Shown here: positions 9,691-19,800 of the stretch, piece after piece
Layout of the letters: each line of letters opens with the position of its first letter
Position numbering within the stretch: position 1 is the first letter of the stretch
From: an uncultured Methanosarcinales archaeon
Lineage (GTDB): Archaea > Nanobdellota > Nanobdellia > Woesearchaeales > CAYSVS01
Assembly (NCBI GenBank): GCA_964434475.1
Contig: CAYSVS010000004.1
Span: 1-46,714 of the forward strand
Length of the DNA: 46,714 bases
Direction of reading: 5' to 3'
Notes under the pieces: model-generated
What the model was told of the DNA's origin: nothing
Databases searched by the model: none
Seen by the model: only the letters and a program-made list of their open reading frames with translations
Made by a program: the position numbers and the translations under genes

Positions 9691-10560
9691 ATGGAATGGT
9701 ATATTTATGCTTTTATAGGATCATTTTTATGGTCTTTGGCTTTTGTCATAGAAAAAAAAGTGTTATTTAAAGAACATTCTATGGAATACTCTATAACAAG
9801 AACTTTTTTTATGATGCTTTTGGTTTTGCTTTTGTTGCCTTTTTTTGATATGCGGATAAGTTTACAGACAGCTTTGCTGATATATATTGCATCTTTGATG
9901 GCTGCTATGGGCATAGTCTACAGGGTCAGGGCAGCAAGACATTTAGATATAAGCATAGTATCTCCTTTCATGAATTTTGATCCTGTTTTAGTTATAATAT
10001 TATCTTTCATATTTCTTAGAGATACTATAACCTATCAACAGTTAGCAGGAGTATTTATAATAGTGGTGGGTGCTTATATGCTTGAAGCAGATGGCAGCAT
10101 AAAGAACTTGATGAAACCTGTGCGTGTTGCAATGTCCTCTAAATACATCCATTATATATTTTTAGCAATCTTTTTTTTCAGTATAGATGCAGTAGTGAGT
10201 AAGTACGTATTGACCTTTTATACGCCAGTATTTACATATCTTTTTTATTTTTGGATATTTGTATTTTCCAATTTTTTCCTTATTTCTTTGTTCAGATATG
10301 ATGGTGTAGGCCAGATAAAGAAAGGTTTAGCAGATAGTGGTTTTTGGATATTCGTGGTTTCTTTGATGGTGTTTGCTGCTTCTTTTTCTATGTTCCAAGC
10401 TTTATCCTTGGGAAATGTTAGTCTAGTAGTAACTATAAAAAGATTCGGCACAGTTTTTACAACAATATTAGGAGGGGAGCTCTTTCATGAAAAACATTTA
10501 AAAGTAAGGGTATTATCCTCTTTGGTTATGTTTGTAGGAGTATATCTTATATTGATGTAA
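9691..10560 (+). CDS. EamA/DMT-family transporter
   Basis: About 10 hydrophobic helices in two repeats ending 'FIFLRD' and 'LFHEK'. Confidence 0.88.
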   Translation: MEWYIYAFIGSFLWSLAFVIEKKVLFKEHSMEYSITRTFFMMLLVLLLLPFFDMRISLQTALLIYIASLMAAMGIVYRVRAARHLDISIVSPFMNFDPVLVIILSFIFLRDTITYQQLAGVFIIVVGAYMLEADGSIKNLMKPVRVAMSSKYIHYIFLAIFFFSIDAVVSKYVLTFYTPVFTYLFYFWIFVFSNFFLISLFRYDGVGQIKKGLADSGFWIFVVSLMVFAASFSMFQALSLGNVSLVVTIKRFGTVFTTILGGELFHEKHLKVRVLSSLVMFVGVYLILM

Positions 10561-10561
10561 A

Positions 10562-11584
10562 ATGAAATCATTGAAAGTTCCTTTAAAAAAAGCAGAATCA
10601 GTAAAGAATAGATTATCTAAACAAGAGTTGTTAGATTTTGATTATTCTATAAAGAAAGATGCAAACAACATATTCTTTCCCTTGAAATGTTCTGAAAAAG
10701 TTGTTGATAAATTTCCTGATTTGGATATTGTCGAAAAAAAGTTTGTAAAAAAGAAGAAAAAGCTGAAATTTAAAAAAGAATTAAAGAGAATCCTGTCAGA
10801 AAAAGATTTTTCTCAATTACCTAAATCATATGATATTGTGGGTACAATTGCAATCTTAGAGATACCTGAAGATATAAAAAACAAGGAAAAAAAGATAGCA
10901 AAAGCTCTGCTTGATTCAAACAAAAACATTAAAACTATATTGAGAAAAGCAGATATACACAAAGGCAAATACAGGACTCAAAAGATGAAATATATTATAG
11001 GAGAAAATACAAAAGAGACTATCCACAAAGAAAATAATGTTAAACTAAAGCTTGACGTTGAAAAAGTGTATTTCTCAGTAAGAAGCGGAACAGAAAGAAA
11101 ACGTATAATGCAGCAGGTAAAGCCAAAAGAAGACGTATTGGTTATGTTCTCTGGCTGCGCTCCTTTTCCTCTTGTTATCGCAAAGAACACTGAAGCGAAC
11201 GTAGTATGCGGAATAGAGATGAATCCTGTCGCCCATAAGTACGCAGAACAAAACACAAAATTGAACAAGATAAACAACATAGAACTTATCAAAGGAGACG
11301 TAACAAAAGTATTTCCTAAATTAAACAGGAAATTTGACAGGATAGTTATGCCTTTACCTAAAACATCAGAAGAATTTTTGCCATTGGCTTTAACTGTTTC
11401 AAAAAAAGGCACGATGATCCATCTTTATCTATTCTTGTCAGAAAAACAATATCCTGAAGCAAAATCAAGGATTGCAAAAATATTCAAGAGATCTAAATTC
11501 AAGCACAAAATATTAAGGATTGTAAAATGCGGCCAGTATTCTCCAGACATATTCAGAACTTGTATAGATATCAAGATTGCATGA
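10562..11584 (+). CDS. trm5: Trm5/Tyw2 (Met-10) family tRNA methyltransferase
   Basis: 'YDIVGTIAI', 'KVYFSVR..ER.RI', SAM motif 'MFSGCAP', 'EMNP', 'DRIVMPLPK'. Confidence 0.85.
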   Translation: MKSLKVPLKKAESVKNRLSKQELLDFDYSIKKDANNIFFPLKCSEKVVDKFPDLDIVEKKFVKKKKKLKFKKELKRILSEKDFSQLPKSYDIVGTIAILEIPEDIKNKEKKIAKALLDSNKNIKTILRKADIHKGKYRTQKMKYIIGENTKETIHKENNVKLKLDVEKVYFSVRSGTERKRIMQQVKPKEDVLVMFSGCAPFPLVIAKNTEANVVCGIEMNPVAHKYAEQNTKLNKINNIELIKGDVTKVFPKLNRKFDRIVMPLPKTSEEFLPLALTVSKKGTMIHLYLFLSEKQYPEAKSRIAKIFKRSKFKHKILRIVKCGQYSPDIFRTCIDIKIA

Positions 11585-11830
11585 TTTTTTATTTCTATTT
11601 TTTCTATGCTTGTGCAATTTCATATTATATTATTTTTTTATGACAAACCATACAGAAATAATCCTATGCGTGATATTTTGTCAACTTATTTCTTTGTTTT
11701 AGCACATGATTTAGAATATTCTAGTATTTAAAAATAAATGTTTGTACTTTTTAGAAAAATATGCTCACATTATCTTTTCCTCTTTTTCATATTGATCAAA
11801 TACAAAACTAAATTAATTAATTAATATAAA

Positions 11831-11860
11831 ATAGGTTAATCTTATAAACCAATAACCTAT
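11831..11860 (+). promoter_or_regulatory. TATA box of the sRNA, flanked by an 8-bp inverted repeat
   Basis: ATAGGTTA (11831-38) ... TTATAAA (11842-48) ... TAACCTAT (11853-60), about 25 nt before the sRNA. Confidence 0.55.
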
Positions 11861-11870
11861 AATATGTATT

Positions 11871-11939
11871 GCGTGCGATGATTTAGTGAACACCCACTGA
11901 GCGAAAGCGATGAAGAACGGAAGTAACTGATGAGCACGC
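11871..11939 (+). ncRNA. C/D-box methylation guide sRNA
   Basis: C GCGATGA 11875-81, D' CTGA 11897-900, GC-GAAA-GC loop, C' GCGATGA 11907-13, D CTGA 11927-30, terminal stem GCGTGC/GCACGC; GC-rich island in AT-rich intergenic DNA. Confidence 0.8.
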
Positions 11940-11973
11940 GTTATTCAATATAAATAAAGAAAATAGTAAAAAA

Positions 11974-13125
11974 TTATCCATACATTCTTAGATAATCAGT
12001 TCCTTCAGTCTTCTCTTTATTCTTTACTTTTTCTATGGCTTTATCTATGTCTGATTTGGTTATCTTATGCCTTTTCTTCCTTATTGCAAAATATCCTGCT
12101 TCTGTACACACAGCTCTGATTTCTGCACCAGAAAATCCTTCCATCTTCTTGGCTATATTATCTAGATTTACTTGAGTGTCTAGTTTCATATTTCTGCTGT
12201 GTATCTTGAATATCTCTTTTCTTCCTTCTAAATTAGGCACGTCTATATGTATGAGCCTATCCAATCTTCCTGGCCTTATTATTGCAGGATCAAGAATATC
12301 TTTTCTGTTTGTTGCTCCTATTACTTTAACATTGCCCAATGGCTTGAACCCGTCCAGTTCTGCTAACAGCTGCATAAATGTTCTTTGAACTTCCCTTTCT
12401 CCACTTGTTCCTAATTCCATCCTTGTTCCTGCCAGCGCATCGAGTTCATCTATGAATATTATGCTTGGGGCTTTATCTTTAGCTAGCTGAAAAACCTCTT
12501 TAACCAGCCTTGCTCCTTCTCCAATGAATTTCTGAACCATCTCGCTTCCTACAACTTCTATGAAAGTTGAGTTTGTCGAAGCAGCGACAGCTTTAGCCAA
12601 TATTGTTTTTCCTGTGCCTGGCGGGCCATATAACAAGATTCCCTTTGGCGGTTGTATCCCTACTTTCTTGAAAAGTTTAGGATTTTTTAAAGGCAGCTCA
12701 ACAACTTCTTTTATCTCTTCCACCTGTTCCTGCAATCCGCCTACTTCTTTCCATTTTATATCGGGCTTTTCCATTATTACAAACTGCTCAACGTTGAATC
12801 TTTTTTGCGTCCCTATCTTATCCATGACTGTAAGGTTTTTCTGTTCAGCCAAAACAGAATCTCCTGCCCCTATCTTTCCGCAGTCTTCTGAAATATTTAC
12901 CAAGAATTGGTTTCCGTTAGGTATTTTTACGATAGCTTTATCTTCATCTATCATTTCGCTAAGTTCACATATCATCAACGGCGGTTCTCTGTGTTTTTTC
13001 AGCTCGTTTTTAAGATGTTCTACTGTCTGTTTAAGAAGTCTGTTTTCATCTTTTAAAGTATCGCTGCCTGTTGTATATCCGTACATTATTTTGTTTATGT
13101 CTTCTTTTGCTGTCATACTTTGCAA
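11974..13125 (-). CDS. pan: Proteasome-activating nucleotidase
   Basis: N-terminal coiled coil plus OB domain, 'GPPGTGKT', 'QKFIGEG', 'DELD', 'RPGRLDR', C-terminal HbYX motif 'MYG'. Confidence 0.96.
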   Translation of the reverse strand: MQSMTAKEDINKIMYGYTTGSDTLKDENRLLKQTVEHLKNELKKHREPPLMICELSEMIDEDKAIVKIPNGNQFLVNISEDCGKIGAGDSVLAEQKNLTVMDKIGTQKRFNVEQFVIMEKPDIKWKEVGGLQEQVEEIKEVVELPLKNPKLFKKVGIQPPKGILLYGPPGTGKTILAKAVAASTNSTFIEVVGSEMVQKFIGEGARLVKEVFQLAKDKAPSIIFIDELDALAGTRMELGTSGEREVQRTFMQLLAELDGFKPLGNVKVIGATNRKDILDPAIIRPGRLDRLIHIDVPNLEGRKEIFKIHSRNMKLDTQVNLDNIAKKMEGFSGAEIRAVCTEAGYFAIRKKRHKITKSDIDKAIEKVKNKEKTEGTDYLRMYG

Positions 13126-13644
13126 TATATAAATAGATATTTAAAAACCTTTTGTTTGTTTTTCAGGAAAAATTATCAACATATTGTATGTTTTATCTAT
13201 TCTTTTTTGTAGATCATCGTAGGATGTTTTAATATACTTATTTCTTTTGTTTTCAGAATATGTGTTTGATTAAAATTATGGCTTGGTTTCTTTATCCAAA
13301 ATCTTTTTGCGTAATAATTCATGTGTTATTTGTTTGTTATACATGCTATCTTTATTTTTTTTAGGATATAACACATTAAAATTAGAACATATCTCTAATC
13401 TTGTTTTATTTCTTTATGGCTGCTTATTTTTAAAATCATCTACACAATAAAACAGTCTTGTTCCTTAAACTAAAGCCCTTGCCGCTTTTTTCATTTATTT
13501 ATATGTCTTGTTTTTTACTTTTCTTCAAAACTTTTTATCTGTCTTAAATCCTTGTATATTCCATTTCCTAATTCTTGCTGTTTCTGATCCATTATTTTAG
13601 CATATGTATAATTGCAGAAAGTAAAGTTAAACAATTTTTTGAAT

Positions 13645-14085
13645 TTATTTCNNNNNNNNNNAATCTGATTTATAAAATTTCCAAGATTTTTTCGTGAATA
13701 TCAAACCAACCTGTTTACATCTTAAGAAAACATCTTCTGTGTTTTCCTTATGAACAACATAAATAGTATCAACAGTTCTATCTCCTTTCTTATCCTCTAT
13801 CGCAGCATAATAATTTCCCAGATCAATCTCTATATATTTTCTGTATGCTTTTATGTCCTCTTCATCAAATTCTTTAAATTCTAACCAAGGATTATATTCT
13901 TTATCATATTCCAGCAGTTGCTCAAGCTCTGACTGTGCTTGTTCCAATATTTTATCTTCCTTTATTTCCATAACTTTCTCTTTTGCATATTTATATTCTT
14001 TAAAATTGTATGTTATTTCTTTATTCTCTTTTTTTCCGCATTCAAGCAGCCCTAACAAAACAATCATGCCTATTATCTTTTTCAT
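13645..14085 (-). CDS. Hypothetical lipoprotein-like protein; 3' end falls in the assembly gap
   Basis: 'MKKIIGMIVLLGLLECG' signal/lipobox-like start; Ns at 13652-13661. Confidence 0.55.
   Translation of the reverse strand: MKKIIGMIVLLGLLECGKKENKEITYNFKEYKYAKEKVMEIKEDKILEQAQSELEQLLEYDKEYNPWLEFKEFDEEDIKAYRKYIEIDLGNYYAAIEDKKGDRTVDTIYVVHKENTEDVFLRCKQVGLIFTKKSWKFYKSDXXXXK
13652..13661. other. Scaffold gap (10 N)
   Basis: Run of n characters. Confidence 1.
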
Positions 14086-14117
14086 TAATTTTCTTAATTC
14101 AATAATGCTTATAAAAC

Positions 14118-15272
14118 TTATCCAAGAACATCCAATAATGTGTAACCCATTATCTCTGCAAAATCATAAAGTTCCTGTATCTTTATATTTTCGTCAGCGC
14201 AGTGCACCAGTTCATCATCCCCTGCAGAATACCCTATGGCGGGTATACCTTCTTTAATCAATTCTTTGCATACTGTAGCTCCGCTTAATCCTATCAATTT
14301 CGCTTTTTTTCCCAAAACTTTTTTAGAATTCTTTTGTATGGCTTTAACCATAGCGTTGTCTGGATTAACTTGTGTAGGCTCGTGATGAGTCAATATCTGG
14401 AATCCAAAATCGCCTATTTTTGATGCTATTTCTTTTAACTCTTTAAGTATCTTATTTTCGTCGGTCTCTGGTATATATCTTATATCATATCCTGCTACAC
14501 ATTTGCCTGCGACGAGATTATGCTTTACGCCTCCTTCTATCTTTCCAAGATTTATTGTGCTTTTTCCCAATAGTTTATTCTTCTTTGTCAGGAACTCACT
14601 TTTTCTTATTGCATGATCAAAACCCATCATATTTGTTATAGCGTTTATCCCCAAATTAGGTCTTGATCCATGCGCTTGTTTGCCGTAAGCCGTAACATTG
14701 ACGAACAACGCACCTTTTTCAGCTATATCTATTTCTAAACAATTTCCAGAAATGTCAGGAATTATTGCATAATCAATATCAATGATTTTTTCCTTGATAA
14801 GGTATTTCATTCCGCAATTAGATCCTGCTTCTTCATCCGCAACAACGGCGAAAATAATTTCTCCGTTAAGTTTTTTTTCAAAACTCTTTAATATCTTTGC
14901 TAATATTAGCATAGAAGCCATAGGTCCTTTATTGTCTATTGTTCCTCTTCCATACATCCTTCCTTTTTTTATTGTTGGCTTGAATGCAGGCATTGTCCAA
15001 CCATCTCCTGCAGGTACAACATCGCTATGGCATGCTACTAATATCTTTGGCCCTTCTTTGCCTATCCTTCCTATTATGTTTGGTCTATTATTTACTTTTT
15101 CATGTTTCTCATATCTTATATCATTATCTTTGAAGAACTTCTCAACTATATCTACAATCTTATATTCATTTCCCGGAGGGTTTGTTGTATCTTGTTCAAC
15201 CAATTTTTTCAAAAGATTGACCAATTCTTTTTCATGTTTTTTTATATGTTTTTTTAGCTCCATAATCATCAT
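14118..15272 (-). CDS. M20-family metallopeptidase (ArgE/DapE-like)
   Basis: 'NPPGNE', 'HSDVVP', 'GRGTIDNKG', 'DEE', 'HCADE'; start placed at the ATGA overlap with the upstream gene (ORF track starts at 15290). Confidence 0.9.
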   Translation of the reverse strand: MMIMELKKHIKKHEKELVNLLKKLVEQDTTNPPGNEYKIVDIVEKFFKDNDIRYEKHEKVNNRPNIIGRIGKEGPKILVACHSDVVPAGDGWTMPAFKPTIKKGRMYGRGTIDNKGPMASMLILAKILKSFEKKLNGEIIFAVVADEEAGSNCGMKYLIKEKIIDIDYAIIPDISGNCLEIDIAEKGALFVNVTAYGKQAHGSRPNLGINAITNMMGFDHAIRKSEFLTKKNKLLGKSTINLGKIEGGVKHNLVAGKCVAGYDIRYIPETDENKILKELKEIASKIGDFGFQILTHHEPTQVNPDNAMVKAIQKNSKKVLGKKAKLIGLSGATVCKELIKEGIPAIGYSAGDDELVHCADENIKIQELYDFAEIMGYTLLDVLG

Positions 15273-15940
15273 CTTTTGTTTATGACCCATAACTTTTTTC
15301 TTGTTTTGGTCAATATTATGTTTTCTTTCTTTCTGACAGCAATAGTATCTTCTATCCTTATTCCTAATTCATTATCAATATATATTCCTGGCTCTATCGT
15401 AACAATATCTTTGTCTTTTACCTTTTCTTTTGATGTTTTGCTTATCTTTGGCAGTTGGTGTATCTTTTTTCCTACTCCGTGTCCTAAAGAATGGACAAAA
15501 TATTTATCATATTTTCCCAATTTTTTTCTTGCAAAACCATCAATATCTGAATACTTTGTTCCTATCTTCAATTTATTTATGCTTTTTTTCTGCACTTCAA
15601 TAAGCAATCTATACATCTTTAATTCTTTTTTGCTCGGCTTCCCTATATATATCATCCTGGTCATATCAGAGCAATAGCCTTTATACTTTACGCCAAAATC
15701 CATAACAACAAACCCTTTTTTTAGTTTTGTCTTGTTTGGCTTGTGATGGGGATCAGCAGCATTATTTCCTGCCGCGATTATAGGTTCAAAGCTTGGTTTT
15801 AATCCTCTTTTTTTAATCTCGTCAAGAATAAATTTTTCAACATCTTTCTCTGTATCAAATCCTTTGAATTTATTTATTAATTCCTTAAATATTATGTCCC
15901 CTATCCTGCATGCTTTTTTTATAGCCTTAATCTTGTCCAT
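15269..15940 (-). CDS. M24-family Xaa-Pro peptidase (catalytic domain only)
   Basis: 'PHH', 'DFG...GYCSDMTR', 'HSLGHGVG..IH', 'TIEPGIY', 'RIED'. Confidence 0.9.
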   Translation of the reverse strand: MDKIKAIKKACRIGDIIFKELINKFKGFDTEKDVEKFILDEIKKRGLKPSFEPIIAAGNNAADPHHKPNKTKLKKGFVVMDFGVKYKGYCSDMTRMIYIGKPSKKELKMYRLLIEVQKKSINKLKIGTKYSDIDGFARKKLGKYDKYFVHSLGHGVGKKIHQLPKISKTSKEKVKDKDIVTIEPGIYIDNELGIRIEDTIAVRKKENIILTKTRKKLWVINKR

Positions 15941-16000
15941 TATTCATTAAATAATCCTTTCTTTATTTTAATTTTTCTAAAACAGAAGTTTTAAATATCC

Positions 16001-16321
16001 TTGATATCCTTTTATATAAAAAAGAGGTTAAAAATGCCATATACATATATTGAAGGTGTAATACAGATAGCTAACGTATTTCTGGCAGTTGTCGCAGGAG
16101 CGATAGCTCTATCTATGTTAAGATGCAAAAAATGCAAAGCATGGAAACCCATGATTATAGCCTTGATATTGTTCGCATTAGAAGAGATTCTGGGAGCTTT
16201 AAGAAGTTTCAATATATTCAGCACACCTTATCTTACACATATTGTTCCTTCGTTTATCTTGGCATTCCTTATTTTTGCAATAATATTACACATAATGGAA
16301 GCAAGAGGTTATAAGATATGA
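16001..16321 (+). CDS. Three-TM membrane protein (likely start ATG 16034)
   Basis: Three hydrophobic helices; GAGG before ATG 16034; paralogous to the next gene. Confidence 0.75.
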   Translation: MISFYIKKRLKMPYTYIEGVIQIANVFLAVVAGAIALSMLRCKKCKAWKPMIIALILFALEEILGALRSFNIFSTPYLTHIVPSFILAFLIFAIILHIMEARGYKI

Positions 16322-16611
16322 CTTTAGGAATATGCGCAGGTTTGATAGCTCCGTACTATAATGCTGCTTTGGCATTGATAGTGATAGTGTTATTCATAAA
16401 GCTTTTTTCGATAAAGAAGCCAAAAGCATACCTGCTTCCTTGGAAGTATATATTTGCGGCTTTTGTTATATTTGTTATTGAAACTATAATGACCATACTT
16501 TATGGTTTGGAATTGATAACATTTCCTCACGTTATATTTCCTTTCTTCGAACTTGTAATTATCTGCTTATTCATTTACGCATTATTACTTGAAAAACAGC
16601 ACATAAAATGA
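16318..16611 (+). CDS. Three-TM membrane protein
   Basis: Three hydrophobic helices; ATGA-type overlap with the upstream gene; shared W..I.A...F..E.I and H..P.F pattern. Confidence 0.75.
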   Translation: MTLGICAGLIAPYYNAALALIVIVLFIKLFSIKKPKAYLLPWKYIFAAFVIFVIETIMTILYGLELITFPHVIFPFFELVIICLFIYALLLEKQHIK

Positions 16612-16841
16612 ACAAAAGAGCTATATCACCCTTGTTGGCAACATCTATGTTGCTTGTATTTGCGATTATACTAGGTACTATAGTGATGAACATGGGCAGG
16701 GAATATGTTGAAGGTATAACTGAGATAGAAGAACTTTCTATAGAAGAGTTTGATGATCCTCTTAAGATACTTAAGACAAGGTATGCTTCTGGCGAGATAT
16801 CAGAAGAAGAATTTTTTAGGATGAAAGAGAATCTGTCTTAG
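16608..16841 (+). CDS. Archaeal type IV pilin-like (class III signal peptide) protein with a SHOCT domain
   Basis: 'MNKRA/ISPLLATSMLLVFAIILG'; C-terminal 'LKILKTRYASGEISEEEF..MK'. Confidence 0.8.
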   Translation: MNKRAISPLLATSMLLVFAIILGTIVMNMGREYVEGITEIEELSIEEFDDPLKILKTRYASGEISEEEFFRMKENLS

Positions 16842-16868
16842 CTTTTTTATAATATTTTTTTATTAAAT

Positions 16869-19800
16869 CTATTTTAGCTTCTTATCATAATTATTTTTCA
16901 TGTCTTTAAAGCCTTTAATCTTGTTCTCTATATCTTCTTTTAAATTTTTCATGTCTTTGTTTCTTCTGGCTCTTTTTATCTCTTTTTTGATTATATCCTT
17001 TACTATAAACCTAGGCCACCCTTTCTTGACTATTGCGTTTTCCATGGCTTTTACATCTTTTTTATATTCTATGGATTTTCTTACAAATTCTTTTAGCTTG
17101 CTTGTGTCTATATCTTTTGTATGTTTTTCTCTCTTCTTCACAAAAGGTTGTTTTAGTCTATTACTGTATTTTTTGAGTATGTTGTTGTACTTTGTATTTA
17201 ACTGCTTTTTCCTTTTTATTTTGAAAGGCCATATCTTTAGTCCAACCTTTTTTCTTTCCATTTTTCTAGACATCTCTATGTTTTGAATGTATTCTTTGTT
17301 CTTTTTGATCATATTTTTGTAATTATTTTCTATATTTTCTAATTCCTTGTTCCCCTTATATTCTCTTTTTTTTTCTGGCTCTTCTTTTCTTTCTATATTT
17401 CTCTTGATTTTCGGCCATCTTCTTTTAGCTAACAGGAATTGTTTGTTTTTTTTAAGCTTACTTTCAAAGAATTCCAATTGTTTCTTCATACTTCTGAAGC
17501 CTTTGCTTTCTTCATAACTTTTTTCTGTCTTTTTTTCTATCTTATCTTTTTTCCTGAAAACCTGTTTTTTTATTTCAGGAAGCTTGTTTTTGATCTTCAG
17601 GTATTGCTTATTATCTTTCAGCATATTATCATAGAAGTGCATTCTTGCCTTGAGCTCTTTCTGTTCTTTTGTTTCCTTTTGTTTTTGTTTAGGCTTTTCT
17701 TTATGTTTAAAGACTTCAAATATCTTTCTTTTAAGCTTCGGCCATCTTCTTTTCACTCTCAGGAATTCTTTGTTTTTTTCTAATCTGCTTTCTATATGCT
17801 TCATCTGCTCCTTGAGTGCAATTTCTTCTTTAGTCTCTTTGGTATATCTAGTCTCTTTTGTTTTCTTATGTTTCTTGAAGACGTTTCTCTTTATTTCAGG
17901 AAGCTTGTTTTTGATCTTCAGGTATTGCTTATTCTCTTTCAGCATATTATCATAGAAGTGCATCCTTGCCTTGAGCTCTTTCTGTTCTTTTGTTTCCTTT
18001 TGTTTTTGTTTAGGCTTTTCTTTATGTTTAAAGACTTCAAATATCTTTCTTTTAAGCTTCGGCCATCTTCTTTTCACTCTCAGGAATTCTTTGTTTTTTT
18101 CTAATCTGCTTTCTATATGCTTCATCTGCTCCTTGAGTGCAATTTCTTCTTTAGTCTCTTCAAGATGTTTCTCTTTTTTCTCTTCTTTTTCTTTTGGTTT
18201 AAATAGCTTTATTTTCAGTTTAGGCCATAATCTTTTAGCTTTCATATATTCTCTGTTTTCTTTCAACAACTCATCATAATAATCAAGCTTTGTCTCCAGT
18301 TTCTTATGCTCTTTTGTTAGCGTTATAGGTCTTGATTCCTCAACCTTCTTCTTGGATTTTATCATGCTTTTCAGCTTAGGCAGGCTTATAGATTCCAATA
18401 TATCTTTAAGATGCCTTTCGTTCTTTTTCAGTTTGTCTTCATAACGCGTTAACTGCAGTTTAAGATGTTCTTCTTCTTTTGTTATCTTTCTTTCTTCTTT
18501 TTTAGCCAGCTTTTTTACTTTTCTTTTCTCTATTATCTCAAGCATCTCAAGTTTGCTTCTTAGATGTTCTATCTTGTGCTTGATAAGTCTATTATATCTT
18601 GTTATTTCTTTCTCTAAATGTTTTATAGAACTCGCTATCGCCTGTTCTGTTTCTATCGCTACTTCTTCTGCATTTTCTATGCCTGTTAATATTTTTCTTT
18701 TTACTCTTCTTTCCAGCAGTTTCAGATTTTCTTTTACGTGCTTGTTGAATCTTGTTATGCTTTTTATTATATTTTCTTCTATTGCAAAAATATTGTATTC
18801 TATATCTTCTGCTTTTTGTTTGATTTTTTTCTTTGTTCTTTTTCCTGTTTTTTCTATCTCTTTATCAAATGCTTTTATCTTTTCTTTAACAATTTCTGTA
18901 ATAGAAGGTTTTTCTTTCAATGCTTTGAAATACATTATCTTGATAAGTTTCTTGTCGTACTTGTTCTTCAGCATATTGTACACATATCTGAAGTGATATC
19001 CTTTCATAACATACCTTTTCACTCTTCTGTGCATCATCGAATAGATATGTTTTTGTTTCTTGATTGTTCTTGACTGAATTCTTATGCCTTTTCTCTTTAA
19101 TCCTTCCTTGATTTCCTGTTCATCATAGCCTAGAACAAACCACATAAGTATCCTTTTCTTTGTCTCTTTGAATGTCTTGATATATATAGCAGTCTCAGCA
19201 TACTTCTGTTGCAGGTATTGGTGATTCACTGATACAGAAAGCAATAAAAGCAGCGCTATAAGATACATTATCTCCTTTAGATAGCCCTCTCCCACAACCA
19301 CTCCTGGTATCTCTTCTCTTGGTGGTTTGATTATCAATCTAATCTCTTCTTTTTCTTCTTCCTCCATCACAATCTTTTCTTTTTCTTCCCCTGGCTCGAT
19401 TGTTATCGCAAAATAGCTCAACCCATACGTTCTTGCTTTGAAATAATAGTATTTCTTATCTTGTTTTATCAGGTTTGTCTTAAGTTTTCCCCACTTGTTT
19501 CTGTACTTGTTCAAATAAACATTTCCAGGACTGCTTATAACATCAATATCTTCTTTCTCTATCTTAAAATAAAGATCTGCATATCTAAGATTATCGTAAT
19601 CTCTTAATGTTTGGATTTTGAAATACGAGTATGCGTTTTTTATTATTGGAACTTTCTGATCTTCTTCCATATCTATCTTGACTATTGTCAACCTGAATCC
19701 GCTTATATCTCCGTCAGCAACTACATTAGCCCCATACATCTCCATGCAGTTTATGTTCCAATTAAACTCTTCTCCCTGCGATAAGTAAACTAATGGAGTC

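Noticed and set aside
11871..11939. GC-rich intergenic island as a tRNA
   Set aside because: No cloverleaf or T-loop GTTC motif; the C/D-box architecture fits better
704..15677. Antisense ORFs over housekeeping genes (e.g. 12560-13132, 14782-15285, 10978-11412, 5139-5540)
   Set aside because: They overlap well-supported conserved genes on the other strand and have no recognisable motifs
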